Source: a virus | IMG/VR virus record: IMGVR_UViG_3300021964_012561 | Location: 32,001-96,000 of that record | Direction: 5' to 3' (one strand) | DNA length: 64,000 bases | In this document: piece after piece, positions 40,317 to 49,997 of the stretch | Layout: each line of letters opens with the position of its first letter | Numbering within the stretch: position 1 is the first letter of the stretch | The notes under the pieces: generated by a model | Told to the model about the DNA's origin: nothing | What the model saw: the letters and a program-made list of their open reading frames with translations, nothing else | Databases searched by the model: none | Made by a program: the position numbers and the translations under genes

Positions 40317-41142
40317 CAAGAAAAGAAACGTAGGAATCATTTATGAGCTTTTTACTAGACACATATCCAGCCTAGTTATTGAAGGCAAGAAAAAAGAAAT
40401 TAAAAAAGCAACTAAAATCCTAGAAAAAAGATTTAAAAAAGGCACAGAATTGTATAAAGAATTCCGCCTTTTTAATGCACTAGTAAACGCATCTGTTTCT
40501 TCTCAGGAAAAAGCGGTTATTGTAGTTGAAAATGCAAAAAAAGAAATATTAAACATTGACAATAGAAAACTCAATCAAGAAAAATCTAAATTAATTAAAG
40601 AAATTAACTACGATCTTAAAGATAAAGATTTTTATTATCGATCAATTCCTTATTATAGGGAATATGCAAATTTGCAAAATCTTTTTAATGAATGGCGAAA
40701 AAAAGATGCATCAAATTTAAAAAATCTAATTGAAAAAGAAGAAAAAGCTACACAGTGGTTGTTAAAAGAAAAGAAAAAAAATGAAGTGCACGAAGAAGCA
40801 GATGTATCAAGTACGAACAATTTAGTGTTCAGCATAATGAATGAAAAAATTAACAACAAATACAGCAATCTGTCTCACGATCAAAAACAAATTATTAGAA
40901 ATTATGCACTTTATTCAGATGCAGATCAGGAAAAATTTAAAAGATTTTTAAGAGAAAACAAAAACAGAGCTTTGCAAGAAATAGAAAGGTTTAAAGCTTC
41001 GTGTGAAAATCGTATCATTCTAGAAAAAATTGACAACGTTAAAAATAAAATACATAATCTCAATGTTGAACCTGATAGTGATCAAGAAATAATTAAATTT
41101 TTAACAGTTTCTAGTTTAATTAAGGAACTCAAGGAGAAATAA
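40303..41142 (+). CDS. Conserved head-region hypothetical protein
   Basis: MTKHNKKRNVGIIYELF start; lies between portal and protease; ATG 40303 preferred. Confidence 0.6.
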   Translation: MTKHNKKRNVGIIYELFTRHISSLVIEGKKKEIKKATKILEKRFKKGTELYKEFRLFNALVNASVSSQEKAVIVVENAKKEILNIDNRKLNQEKSKLIKEINYDLKDKDFYYRSIPYYREYANLQNLFNEWRKKDASNLKNLIEKEEKATQWLLKEKKKNEVHEEADVSSTNNLVFSIMNEKINNKYSNLSHDQKQIIRNYALYSDADQEKFKRFLRENKNRALQEIERFKASCENRIILEKIDNVKNKIHNLNVEPDSDQEIIKFLTVSSLIKELKEK

Positions 41143-41739
41143 ATGAAATTACTTACAGAGTGGTGTGCATTTAACATAACAAAAGAAATGATTAACGAGT
41201 CTAGAGAACGTCATGGAGGAAAATTAGTTTTAAAAGGTCCGATTCAAAAGTCTAACACTTTAAATCAGAACGGAAGAATCTATCCTAGGGCGATACTTGA
41301 AAGAGAAATTATGAATTATCAAAAATTAATTCAAGAAAATCGTGCAATGGGTGAATGCGATCATCCTGATTCTTCTGTTGTTGAACTTAAAAATGTTTCA
41401 CACGTAGTAAAAGAAGCTTATATGCAAGGTGACATTGTATACGGCGCAATAGAAATACTAGATACACCTAGCGGAAAAATTATTCAATCACTAATTGAAA
41501 GTGGCGTTACTTTAGGTATTTCTTCAAGAGGCGTAGGGTCTACACAAAAACAAGGAAATACACAAATAGTACAAGATGATTTTCAGTTAATTTGTTTTGA
41601 CATGGTATCAGAGCCTTCTACTCCTGGCGCATTTGTAATGAGAGAGGGAAAAGAAATTTCTCAAGACGAAATTAATAAGATTTTTAACAAAACTGATCGG
41701 GTTAATAGAATTTTTAATGATATATTAAACTGGGAGTAA
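41143..41739 (+). CDS. gp21: Prohead protease (T4 gp21, Peptidase S77)
   Basis: NQNGRIYP, MGECDHP, NVSH, GISSRGVGS, FDMVSEPSTPGA. Confidence 0.95.
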   Translation: MKLLTEWCAFNITKEMINESRERHGGKLVLKGPIQKSNTLNQNGRIYPRAILEREIMNYQKLIQENRAMGECDHPDSSVVELKNVSHVVKEAYMQGDIVYGAIEILDTPSGKIIQSLIESGVTLGISSRGVGSTQKQGNTQIVQDDFQLICFDMVSEPSTPGAFVMREGKEISQDEINKIFNKTDRVNRIFNDILNWE

Positions 41740-41741
41740 TT

Positions 41742-42191
41742 ATGTCAAAATTATTAAGAAGTGAATTAAAATCTATTGTAAAAGAATGTTTAGTTGAAAT
41801 ATTATCTGAAGGGTTGGCAGAAAACAATAGCAGCAATTACATAAAAGAATCTAGCGAATATAATAAAAAATCAATAAAATCAAATGTTAACAAGTCTTCT
41901 TATTTGAACAAAATTTCTTATAATCGAGAATCAAGCAAAAAACAAGATTATGCGCCTGCTAGTAAAATTAAAAATACAAATTTGACATCTGATCCTATTT
42001 TGAATGATCTACTTGCTGATACTGCTAAAACTACTTTGCAAGAGCAACTCTCAGCTGAGTCTCGAAGAGGACCGATGGTAACTACTGGTGGTGATAGAGC
42101 AACAATGATAGTAAATCAATCAAATCCGGAAGAATTATTTGGAAGTGAAAGTGCCGGCAAGTGGGCTCAACTAGCTTTTTTTGATCAATAA
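41742..42191 (+). CDS. Head-region protein with shared leader
   Basis: MSKLLRSELKSIVKECLVEILSE. Confidence 0.6.
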   Translation: MSKLLRSELKSIVKECLVEILSEGLAENNSSNYIKESSEYNKKSIKSNVNKSSYLNKISYNRESSKKQDYAPASKIKNTNLTSDPILNDLLADTAKTTLQEQLSAESRRGPMVTTGGDRATMIVNQSNPEELFGSESAGKWAQLAFFDQ

Positions 42192-42238
42192 CTTTTTGTC
42201 ATTATATATATAAATGATTTTAAATTTTGGAGAACACA

Positions 42239-42490
42239 ATGAAAAGAAAAATTTTACGTTTGACACCGCTTCTTTTAAAAAAAATTATTAAAGAAGAAAA
42301 AGAAAAAATTTTAAAGGAAAGACAACAGAAAAAAAGTAAGTTAAGTAATCGTCAAATTGTTGAATCATTAAAAAAGTTAGTGTTGCTTAAAAAAGCCCAA
42401 AAAAGAGCTGGTAAAGATTTTCAAAAAATCTTTGAAGAAAGACAAAAAATTAAAAAATTAATCAAGGAGAGCACAAATGGCAGGAACTAA
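42239..42490 (+). CDS. Small basic protein with shared leader
   Basis: GGAG SD before ATG 42239; RLTPLLLKKIIKEE. Confidence 0.55.
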   Translation: MKRKILRLTPLLLKKIIKEEKEKILKERQQKKSKLSNRQIVESLKKLVLLKKAQKRAGKDFQKIFEERQKIKKLIKESTNGRN

Positions 42491-42974
42491 CTATTATGCA
42501 AATGTCGAAGGTAAAAATGTAGCTACATCTCTACCTGCGGATAAAGGTCAAAGTTTTACCAACAATTTACAATCAGCATTTTCAAGTTCCCCTGTAAACA
42601 AAGGAGAGATTTCTGCTGAAGAAAGAAAAGAAACTTTTCAAAAACTAGTTTTAGATGGAGAAGTTTTAAACGGAAACGGTTTAAATCTTTTTAATAGAGA
42701 CTATTTTAAAAATGGCGCGCCAGATATTAGTAACATTGATATTGAATCTTACAATTTGCCTTCTCCATATATTCCTAACCCGACGTCTCCAGGCCCAGGA
42801 AGCTTAGATGCAGATGATAAACCTGCTTTTGAAGGAGATGTTAAAGATCCTCAAACTATCAATAGCCAATTTGGGGCAGGAAATAATAGTACATATAATC
42901 CTGCTATTTCTTCAAAAAAACTAAGTGATTTAAAACTAGGGAGTTATCTACCTGGAAATTCAGGCGGTAATTAA
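42477..42974 (+). CDS. Hypothetical protein
   Basis: 165 aa, AAGGAG SD, Pro/Gly-rich. Confidence 0.6.
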   Translation: MAGTNYYANVEGKNVATSLPADKGQSFTNNLQSAFSSSPVNKGEISAEERKETFQKLVLDGEVLNGNGLNLFNRDYFKNGAPDISNIDIESYNLPSPYIPNPTSPGPGSLDADDKPAFEGDVKDPQTINSQFGAGNNSTYNPAISSKKLSDLKLGSYLPGNSGGN

Positions 42975-42975
42975 A

Positions 42976-43566
42976 ATGTATGCTGGGGGCGGTTATAATT
43001 TAGGTAATTACGACCCTAGGACTGGAAAAGAACCTTCAAAGATCGTAGGATCGCAGTCTGTAGGAGATTTATCTTTAAAATTCTTGTACGAGGAAGATGA
43101 AGAAGGCCAGACAGAAGAAGTAGAAAATGAAGACGTGTTACCTAACGCCGCCAGCAGCAAAATTGTGCATAGTTTAGCAATGGGTGTAAGTGACCCTTTG
43201 GCGAAAGGTGATAGGTCGGCAGGTCAGCTTAAAAATACAGGCGGCGCCGGCGCAGGTTTTTTACAAGAATTTGCTGGATATCACAAAAACCCAGCTAGAA
43301 AAGGAATTTCTCCTTATAAACAACCAAAGCATTCCGGTCCGCCTTTAGGGGCTGGTGGTAGTGGACAAGCTTTTAGGACAACAGGCAATAGAATTGATTT
43401 AGGCTCCAGAAAAGGTTGGTCAAGAGCTTATCAAAGTAAAAAACAAGGCAACCAAAAAAGATATTTTAGTTTACAATCATTGGTGCAAGATACACGCGAT
43501 GGCTTTCATCAATTTACTAGACAGAAAAATAAAGTAAAAAAAATCATTTACGAGATTAATAATTAA
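42976..43566 (+). CDS. Hypothetical protein
   Basis: 196 aa, Gly-rich, adjoining the previous gene. Confidence 0.55.
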   Translation: MYAGGGYNLGNYDPRTGKEPSKIVGSQSVGDLSLKFLYEEDEEGQTEEVENEDVLPNAASSKIVHSLAMGVSDPLAKGDRSAGQLKNTGGAGAGFLQEFAGYHKNPARKGISPYKQPKHSGPPLGAGGSGQAFRTTGNRIDLGSRKGWSRAYQSKKQGNQKRYFSLQSLVQDTRDGFHQFTRQKNKVKKIIYEINN

Positions 43567-43632
43567 TGTCATTTCCTAGGAAAGAATAGATTTTAACAAA
43601 TAAGTATTAAATAAATTAGGCAAGAGGAGATT

Positions 43633-45153
43633 ATGTCAAAAATTTTTGAAGAAGCATTAGCAGATGCAAAAAAACTCAAAGAGGTTGCTGAAGCGAATGC
43701 TAAAAAAGCGATTTTAGAATCAGTAACTCCTAGAATTAAAGAGTTTATTGAACAACAAATTCTTGAACAAGACGACAAACTAGTTGAATCTAAGAATGAC
43801 GTCGATGATGTTCCGGAAGAAGCAATGCATGCATTATTAGAAATGATTGCAGGTAAAGATCTTGTTAGTAAAATTACTGACAAACAAAAATTAAACGAGG
43901 CGTTTAAAAAATCATTTGACAACCTGAATGATTCAGAACAATTACAAATGAAAAATTTAATACAAAAAATTAATCAAGAAAAAAATAATTTAAAAAGCAG
44001 AAGAATAATTAATTCTGTTAACACAATTCAGGAGAACAAACAAATGAGTAGTCGTGAAAAATTTTACGAAATTGACTTAGCACTTTTAAGAGAAGCAGTT
44101 GATGACAAAGCTGTTGAAATGAAAGCTAAAGAGTTAGAAGAAGACGATTTTTTAAAAGGTTTAGAAGAAGAAGACAATCAAGCTGAAGAAAAATTAGATG
44201 AATATTCTATACTTTTCGAACAAGATGATGCAGACGAAGCTTCAGAAGAAATGGAAGAATTACCTGATGAAGCTGGTGCTGGTGCAGAAGATGACGCTGT
44301 CGAAATTCCTTTAGATCTTGCTCAAGAATTACAATCAATTTTAGACGCAGAATTAGGAGGTGCTGCTGGTGAAGCTGCCGGTGGAGAGCTTGGTGATCTA
44401 GGAGATTTAGGAGCAATGGAAGATTTAGAAGATTCTGAAGAAGAATCTGAAGAAGAATCAATTGAAGAAATGGGTCACTACGGCATGAATGAAGACGATG
44501 TTGACGAACCTCTTAAAGAAATGTTTGATGTTGATCCTAGCATGCTTCGTGAAGAATTAGCAAGCATTAGATCAATGTTAGGTGAAGGAAAAATGGATCA
44601 CCACTTTGGTGGAAAAGGCGCCGGAAATGGAGGTCATAAAAACGCATTCGGCGGTTCTGGACCCAAGAAACATGGATATCAAAAGTCTTTCGGTGGTGGA
44701 TCTTATGGAAAAGATGTATTCGTAACTCCTCCTTCAACTTTAAAGAAATTAAATGAAGCTATTCAACAGCTTCGCAAATTGAGCCGCATGAATCGAGCTC
44801 AAAACGAGAAACTGAATAAATACAGAGGTGCAGTTCATACACTTCGTGAACAGTTGGAAGATCTCAACTTATTCAATGCAAAATTACTCTATGTAAATAA
44901 GCTTTTACAAAATAAAAATCTAAACGAGTCACAGAAGAAATCTGTTATCAAAGCTTTAGATGAAGCAAAAAGCTTGGGAGAAACAAAAGCATTGTTCCAA
45001 TCGCTTACTGAATCATTGTCATCATCTAAGTCAAGCTTAAATGAATCGACTCGTTTTGGTAGCTCTTCAAGAACAACAACTTCCGGATCAGGAGCTAAAG
45101 ACAGAAAAGTCGGTGAATCTGATCGTTGGGCGAGGTTGGCTGGTCTTAAGTAA
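43633..45153 (+). CDS. Prohead scaffold/core protein (gp22-like)
   Basis: Immediately upstream of MCP; EEALADAKKLKEVAEANAK, acidic middle, LNLFNAKLLYVNKL, C-terminal RWARLAGLK; many L/I-x-E sites. Confidence 0.8.
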   Translation: MSKIFEEALADAKKLKEVAEANAKKAILESVTPRIKEFIEQQILEQDDKLVESKNDVDDVPEEAMHALLEMIAGKDLVSKITDKQKLNEAFKKSFDNLNDSEQLQMKNLIQKINQEKNNLKSRRIINSVNTIQENKQMSSREKFYEIDLALLREAVDDKAVEMKAKELEEDDFLKGLEEEDNQAEEKLDEYSILFEQDDADEASEEMEELPDEAGAGAEDDAVEIPLDLAQELQSILDAELGGAAGEAAGGELGDLGDLGAMEDLEDSEEESEEESIEEMGHYGMNEDDVDEPLKEMFDVDPSMLREELASIRSMLGEGKMDHHFGGKGAGNGGHKNAFGGSGPKKHGYQKSFGGGSYGKDVFVTPPSTLKKLNEAIQQLRKLSRMNRAQNEKLNKYRGAVHTLREQLEDLNLFNAKLLYVNKLLQNKNLNESQKKSVIKALDEAKSLGETKALFQSLTESLSSSKSSLNESTRFGSSSRTTTSGSGAKDRKVGESDRWARLAGLK

Positions 45154-45163
45154 CTGTTCAAAC

Positions 45164-45171
45164 AATAATTA
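45164..45171 (+). promoter_or_regulatory. Putative late promoter of the major capsid gene
   Basis: AATAATTA upstream of the TAGGAG SD. Confidence 0.45.
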
Positions 45172-45195
45172 ACAATTTTATAGGAGATAAAACAA

Positions 45196-47166
45196 ATGTC
45201 TAGATCATTTAGTTTAAATCAACTGACAGAAGGAATCAGAGAACGTCATTTAGGCGCTGATACCTCACGTCTTGTGTCAAAATGGACACGTACCGGTCTT
45301 CTTCGAGGACTTAACGAAAACAAGCGCGAAAATATGGCTCGCATGCTTGAAAATCAAGCGTCTCAACTTCTTCGTGAGGCAAACACCTTAGGAAGCGGTG
45401 GATCTGCTAATAACATCGATGGATTCTCTAACATCGCATTTCCAATCGTTCGTCGTGTATTCGGTGGATTGGTTGCTAATGAATTGGTTTCCATTCAGCC
45501 TATGTCACTTCCAAGTGGACTTCTTTTCTACTTAGATTACACATACGGTAGTGATATTCACGGTGAAGATGCAGGTGCAGGAAACGCTGCTGATACATCT
45601 TCAGCAAACATTTATGGAAAAGGTGATTCTCTTTATGGTAATCCTTCTGGAAGTTCTATCCGAACAGGTGCAAATGCAGTTGGCGGTATGTACGACTTAG
45701 CTGGTAGTGGTTATTCTTTAGTACATTCTTCCTCAAACATTCTTGCTGATAATGATGCAGCTCTAAACGATACTTTCCATGTACACAACATTGCTTCTGC
45801 ATGGGGTGCATACAATACGGCTGGAACATTTACTATTGGTAATTCTTTAGAAATTACTAATAATAAAAACCTTAAATTAATTCAGTATGATCCACAACTT
45901 ATCAAAGAAATTTCAGAATACAGTACATCTTTTTCTGTTGGCTTCTTCGAGTTAGGTGAAACTATCAAATCACAATTTGACAGAACCAATGCAAAATCTT
46001 GGGGTCTTGTACAACATTTAGGTGCGGTAACTGCTATCGATACAAATCTTTTGTCTTTTGATCAAGATGCTTCTGGTAATGCAATTACTGACTCTTCAGG
46101 AAACGCTTACCAAGATGGTACGGGTGTTTTTAACCTTAGAAGACTTAATCAAATTGGTACTTGGAACGCTTCTACCAAGGTTTGGACACCGGACGTGACT
46201 GGTGATCACTTATTAGCAGTTTTTAGAGGTGCACCAGCTGATACAACAGGTCGTACAGCGGCAGTTGAATTGCAACTAGTTGCTCCGGTACTTGATCAAG
46301 TATCAGCAGAAGGTGGAACCGGTGGAGTTGTAACTATTCCTTCTTTCGAATCTGGATTTTCTGCTGGTTCTACCGGAAATGTTGCTCCAATTATACCTGA
46401 AATCGACATCAAGATCGAGTCTATCGCGGTAACAGCTCAGACACGTAAGTTAAGAGCTCGTTGGTCTCCAGAACTCGCTCAAGATCTTAATGCTTATCAT
46501 TCAATGGACGCTGAGGTTGAATTGACCCAGATTCTTTCTGAGCAGATTGCATTAGAAATTGATCGTGAAATTCTTAATGACCTTCTTGTTGAAGCAAAAG
46601 GTGCTAACTACTACTGGTCACGTGCTCCTGGTAAATTCGTTAAGAAAGACACCGGTGCAGTTGCTTCTAGTACAATTGGTCCTAACTTTACTGGTACAGT
46701 TCGCGAATGGTACGAAACTCTTGTTGAAACCATTATCGACGTTGCTAATGAAATTCATAGAAAGACTCTTCGTGGAGCTGCTAACTTTATCGTGGTATCA
46801 CCTGAAGTTGCAACTATTTTCGAAGCATCAGTTCTTTACAAGCCAAGCATCAAAATTGATGGACAAGGACAGACATCTGCTCCTTTCTCTATCGGTGCAG
46901 AGTCGATTGGATCTCTTTCTAACAGATTTACTGTTTACAAAGATCCTTACTTCCCACGCAACAAGATCCTTGTAGGATACAAAGGTGGATCATACCTTGA
47001 GTCTGGATACGTCTATGCTCCTTATGTACCACTTATCGTTACTCCTACAATCTTCGCACCTGAAGATTTCACACCAAGAAAAGGTGTAATGACTCGTTAC
47101 GGTAAGAAAATGGTACGTGCCGATTTCTACGGAACAGTTACATGCCTTGACATGGACATTATCTAA
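45196..47166 (+). CDS. gp23: Major capsid protein (T4 gp23-like)
   Basis: KW...GLL...MLENQ, FPIVRRVF, VSIQPMSLPSGLLFYL, AQTRKLRARWSPELAQDLNAYH, EIDREI, YAPYVPL, FTPRKGVMTRYG. Confidence 0.97.
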   Translation: MSRSFSLNQLTEGIRERHLGADTSRLVSKWTRTGLLRGLNENKRENMARMLENQASQLLREANTLGSGGSANNIDGFSNIAFPIVRRVFGGLVANELVSIQPMSLPSGLLFYLDYTYGSDIHGEDAGAGNAADTSSANIYGKGDSLYGNPSGSSIRTGANAVGGMYDLAGSGYSLVHSSSNILADNDAALNDTFHVHNIASAWGAYNTAGTFTIGNSLEITNNKNLKLIQYDPQLIKEISEYSTSFSVGFFELGETIKSQFDRTNAKSWGLVQHLGAVTAIDTNLLSFDQDASGNAITDSSGNAYQDGTGVFNLRRLNQIGTWNASTKVWTPDVTGDHLLAVFRGAPADTTGRTAAVELQLVAPVLDQVSAEGGTGGVVTIPSFESGFSAGSTGNVAPIIPEIDIKIESIAVTAQTRKLRARWSPELAQDLNAYHSMDAEVELTQILSEQIALEIDREILNDLLVEAKGANYYWSRAPGKFVKKDTGAVASSTIGPNFTGTVREWYETLVETIIDVANEIHRKTLRGAANFIVVSPEVATIFEASVLYKPSIKIDGQGQTSAPFSIGAESIGSLSNRFTVYKDPYFPRNKILVGYKGGSYLESGYVYAPYVPLIVTPTIFAPEDFTPRKGVMTRYGKKMVRADFYGTVTCLDMDII

Positions 47167-47192
47167 TCTTTAGGTAGATGATTTAAAACCAT

Positions 47193-47226
47193 AGGGTGCG
47201 GTGTTTATTCACCCACCCTTTTTTTT
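47193..47226 (+). terminator. Rho-independent terminator after MCP
   Basis: AGGGTG-C-GGTG / TTTATT loop / CACC-CACCCT stem followed by a T-tract. Confidence 0.8.
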
Positions 47227-47237
47227 ATGGAGAAAAA

Positions 47238-47771
47238 ATGAAAATAAGTAAAAAAGATTTAAAAATGTTAATTGAAAATTATGTAAGCGAAGGATGGGCT
47301 GATCAAGTAAATTCAAATTATGCTGATGGGATGAGAGACAGCTTAAAAGGTGCTGGTTTCAAAGAAGATAATATGTGGGACATGAATTCTCACTATAAGG
47401 CAGCTGATACTTTTCATGCACATCTACAGCAAGGTTATGATTATGAAACTGATATGAATGGAGACGATGTACAAATTGATGAAGAAGTAGAAACTCCTAA
47501 AGGGGAAGTTTCAATAGTTCCTTGCCCTAATGGCTTGACTGTGTTAATTGGTAAAAATGGTGCACCAGATTTGCTAGTGCCAAAATATTCTAAAAAGAGT
47601 ACACGTGAGCCTAAGGTTTTATCATCACAAGAAAAAGCTGTTGTAGCTTTTATAGAAAAGTATGGTAAGAAATTTAAAACAGACAATGAAAGACTAAGAG
47701 TAGAAAAATCAGGTTTAACTCCGTACACTAAATTATCTGTTAATGGGTATAGCATTTGTTTTGTTCCTTAA
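47238..47771 (+). CDS. Protein with shared leader (putative internal head protein)
   Basis: GGAG SD before ATG 47238; MKISKKDLKMLIENY. The track start at 47196 lies inside the terminator. Confidence 0.6.
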   Translation: MKISKKDLKMLIENYVSEGWADQVNSNYADGMRDSLKGAGFKEDNMWDMNSHYKAADTFHAHLQQGYDYETDMNGDDVQIDEEVETPKGEVSIVPCPNGLTVLIGKNGAPDLLVPKYSKKSTREPKVLSSQEKAVVAFIEKYGKKFKTDNERLRVEKSGLTPYTKLSVNGYSICFVP

Positions 47772-47794
47772 TCATTATACATTTATTAAAAATT

Positions 47795-47822
47795 TTGTAC
47801 TATTACCTAGTATCATTAAGAT
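47795..47822 (+). promoter_or_regulatory. Possible sigma70-type promoter
   Basis: TTGTAC (47795-47800), 16 nt, TAAGAT (47817-47822). Confidence 0.35.
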
Positions 47823-47855
47823 ACATTTACACACAATACACACACGGAGAAAATC

Positions 47856-48047
47856 ATGGCTAGTAATCCATATGAACTGCGCCAAGGTCTTTTAGGACAA
47901 GCCCAACAAATTTTAGTAGAAGCATACCACAGTGAAGTGCAACGATGTCGAGATCAAGGCGTTGCTGCTCATAATGTAAAGTTTCCTTCAACAGAAGATA
48001 TTATAGCAGAAGCTGAAAAGCTTTATGCATTTGTACAAAAAAAATAA
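47856..48047 (+). CDS. Small conserved phage protein
   Basis: NPYELRQGLL...FPSTEDIIAEAEKLYAFV; GGAG SD; CA-repeat leader. Confidence 0.7.
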   Translation: MASNPYELRQGLLGQAQQILVEAYHSEVQRCRDQGVAAHNVKFPSTEDIIAEAEKLYAFVQKK

Positions 48048-48107
48048 ACAAATAAAATTTATTTTTTAAAACATACTTATTTTTAACAAGCTAAGTTAGG
48101 AGTAAGT

Positions 48108-48701
48108 ATGTTTTTTTTGTTGTTTCTTTTAAGTTTTTTATCTTTTGGAGGTGAGCCGCAACCTGACATGTCGATTACGGTAACTGCAGTTAAAGGTGTG
48201 ACAATTTTTGTTGACAAACCTATTGTTATAGGTGGAGGAGAAACTTATCAATCTTCTGAATTAGAATTTTTAATTACAAGTTATGCGACTTTACATAAAG
48301 AAACTTTTGTCAAAGATCCGCGAATGATAAATAGTATTTATAACGCATCAACTGTCCAAACGGTTAATTCTGAATGTAACTGGTTAGGTAATTCAATAGA
48401 TTGTGCAACTTCTGAATATATGTATGTTTTAAAAACGCAGGTGGTTATTAATCCTGTTAGAGCATACGTCACAGTTACACTGCATGACCACAGAATGAAT
48501 GCAGTTTCTTCAGCTACAGTATCCAATAAACATCAAAGAAGTGTAATACAGCTGGTACAGCAAACACAATCTCAAGGCTTGTTAGGTAGTACAACAACTA
48601 CAAATCCTCAAAAGCCAGAAATATTTAGCGTAGAGCCGTATCTTTATGAAAAAGATTTTCGCCAAGCTGTTATTTTAATGTATAGCTCATTTCGATTTTA
48701 A
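48108..48701 (+). CDS. Secreted/periplasmic protein with N-terminal signal peptide
   Basis: MFFLLFLLSFLSFG hydrophobic N-terminus; AGGAG SD; CATACTTA promoter-like motif at 48072-48079. Confidence 0.6.
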   Translation: MFFLLFLLSFLSFGGEPQPDMSITVTAVKGVTIFVDKPIVIGGGETYQSSELEFLITSYATLHKETFVKDPRMINSIYNASTVQTVNSECNWLGNSIDCATSEYMYVLKTQVVINPVRAYVTVTLHDHRMNAVSSATVSNKHQRSVIQLVQQTQSQGLLGSTTTTNPQKPEIFSVEPYLYEKDFRQAVILMYSSFRF

Positions 48702-49036
48702 ATGAAATCTTTCCAAGCGTGAGGTTTTCTATCTTTAAGGTAATTTAAGTCTTTGTCGTTTTCATACGCTTCTCTTTCAAATGGAATTGCATAATAAGCT
48801 TTTCTACCATTTAAACCTTCTAATCTCGCTTTAAGCCAGTACCATACATAAAGAACATAAAAACCAATCAACCAGAGTTCTCTCTGTTGAACAAGGTGAA
48901 TCTTTTCGTGATTGTATACAGTAACATCAAGCTTTTCTTTTGAAATAATAAACGGGTATAACGTAATCGCATAGACATCAATAAAAAGACTCATTGCTTT
49001 GCAAAATTTTGGGCTAATTATTATTATTGGTTTCAT
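48698..49036 (-). CDS. Zincin-like HExxH protein
   Basis: AITLYPFI...NHEKIHLVQQRE...PFEREAY; ATG 49036 has AGGAG SD. Confidence 0.7.
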   Translation of the reverse strand: MKPIIIISPKFCKAMSLFIDVYAITLYPFIISKEKLDVTVYNHEKIHLVQQRELWLIGFYVLYVWYWLKARLEGLNGRKAYYAIPFEREAYENDKDLNYLKDRKPHAWKDFI

Positions 49037-49037
49037 G

Positions 49038-49964
49038 TTATCTCCTATTGTATGGATATTTAGGCTTGAGTGTGTCAACAGCGAACCTACCACCTCTATT
49101 TGGATCTAGTAAGTATTGTAATGTTTTATAAAGCACCTCCATTGTCATGCCAATGTCTGCAGTAGCTTCATGCCACGATTCATTGTCAATTTCAAATGCT
49201 GTTGCCATCATGCCTAGGCGGCTAGCAAGATAAGGTTTTCCTTTATACGATAATGCTGTGATACTGTCGATAATGTGTTTGTCTTCTGCATTCATTTCTG
49301 ACTCATTTTTTTGCACATATTGTAAAACTGCTTTTAAATAATTATCAATAATTGCGATAGAATCCATTACGGCAATGTCTGGTGCATTTAGTCCACCTCT
49401 TTGGTAAAAAAGATTTGTCATTTTTGCGTCAAAAGGAGAATTGTGGGCCCAAAAAACTATTTTTCCTGTGGGGCTGGCTGTTTTTTGGGCCTGTATGTAT
49501 TGATTAAACATTTCAGCGCCTTCTGCTTGATTAACACGAGGTACACCATCACCACCATAATAATCATTCATGTCTAAAAGCCCTGGAATTGAGTATTTTG
49601 GGTCGCCTTGATAAGTTCCAGCATCAAGTTGGGCTTGTTGCCTTTGAATTTCAGTCTCAGTGTCGGATGTTAGTATAATCTTAACATTAAACATTCCATC
49701 GTTGACTGGGGAAGGTATTTGTTCTAATCCATTTGGTTCATAAGCTATAGCAGCTAACTGAGTAATTTGTACGAAATTAGGAACAGAACCGTCTTTGTTG
49801 GGTAAACCTGTCGTTTCTGTATCAAAAAAGACCCAATTGTGTTGCGCAAGATCTTTAAGTTTGGAAATCATGGCAGAAAATTCAGGTGGGTAAAAACTAG
49901 GGCTAACTGAACGTTCATTTATAAACTTGCGCCACTCAGTTAAAATTTGCTTCATGTTATTCAT
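49038..49964 (-). CDS. DEDDh 3'-5' exonuclease (DnaQ-like)
   Basis: Exo I FFDTETTG, Exo II AHNSPFD, Exo III WHEATAD; AGGAG SD. Confidence 0.85.
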   Translation of the reverse strand: MNNMKQILTEWRKFINERSVSPSFYPPEFSAMISKLKDLAQHNWVFFDTETTGLPNKDGSVPNFVQITQLAAIAYEPNGLEQIPSPVNDGMFNVKIILTSDTETEIQRQQAQLDAGTYQGDPKYSIPGLLDMNDYYGGDGVPRVNQAEGAEMFNQYIQAQKTASPTGKIVFWAHNSPFDAKMTNLFYQRGGLNAPDIAVMDSIAIIDNYLKAVLQYVQKNESEMNAEDKHIIDSITALSYKGKPYLASRLGMMATAFEIDNESWHEATADIGMTMEVLYKTLQYLLDPNRGGRFAVDTLKPKYPYNRR

Positions 49965-49997
49965 TCAATCTCCTTTAAAACTTTCTTCTTTTATGTT

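Noticed and set aside
47196-47237. Extended N-termini given by the ORF track (47196, 49947, 49093, 52123, 8995, 40282)
   Set aside because: Downstream ATGs have better SD sequences or stop-start coupling; the upstream starts overlap terminators or neighbouring genes.
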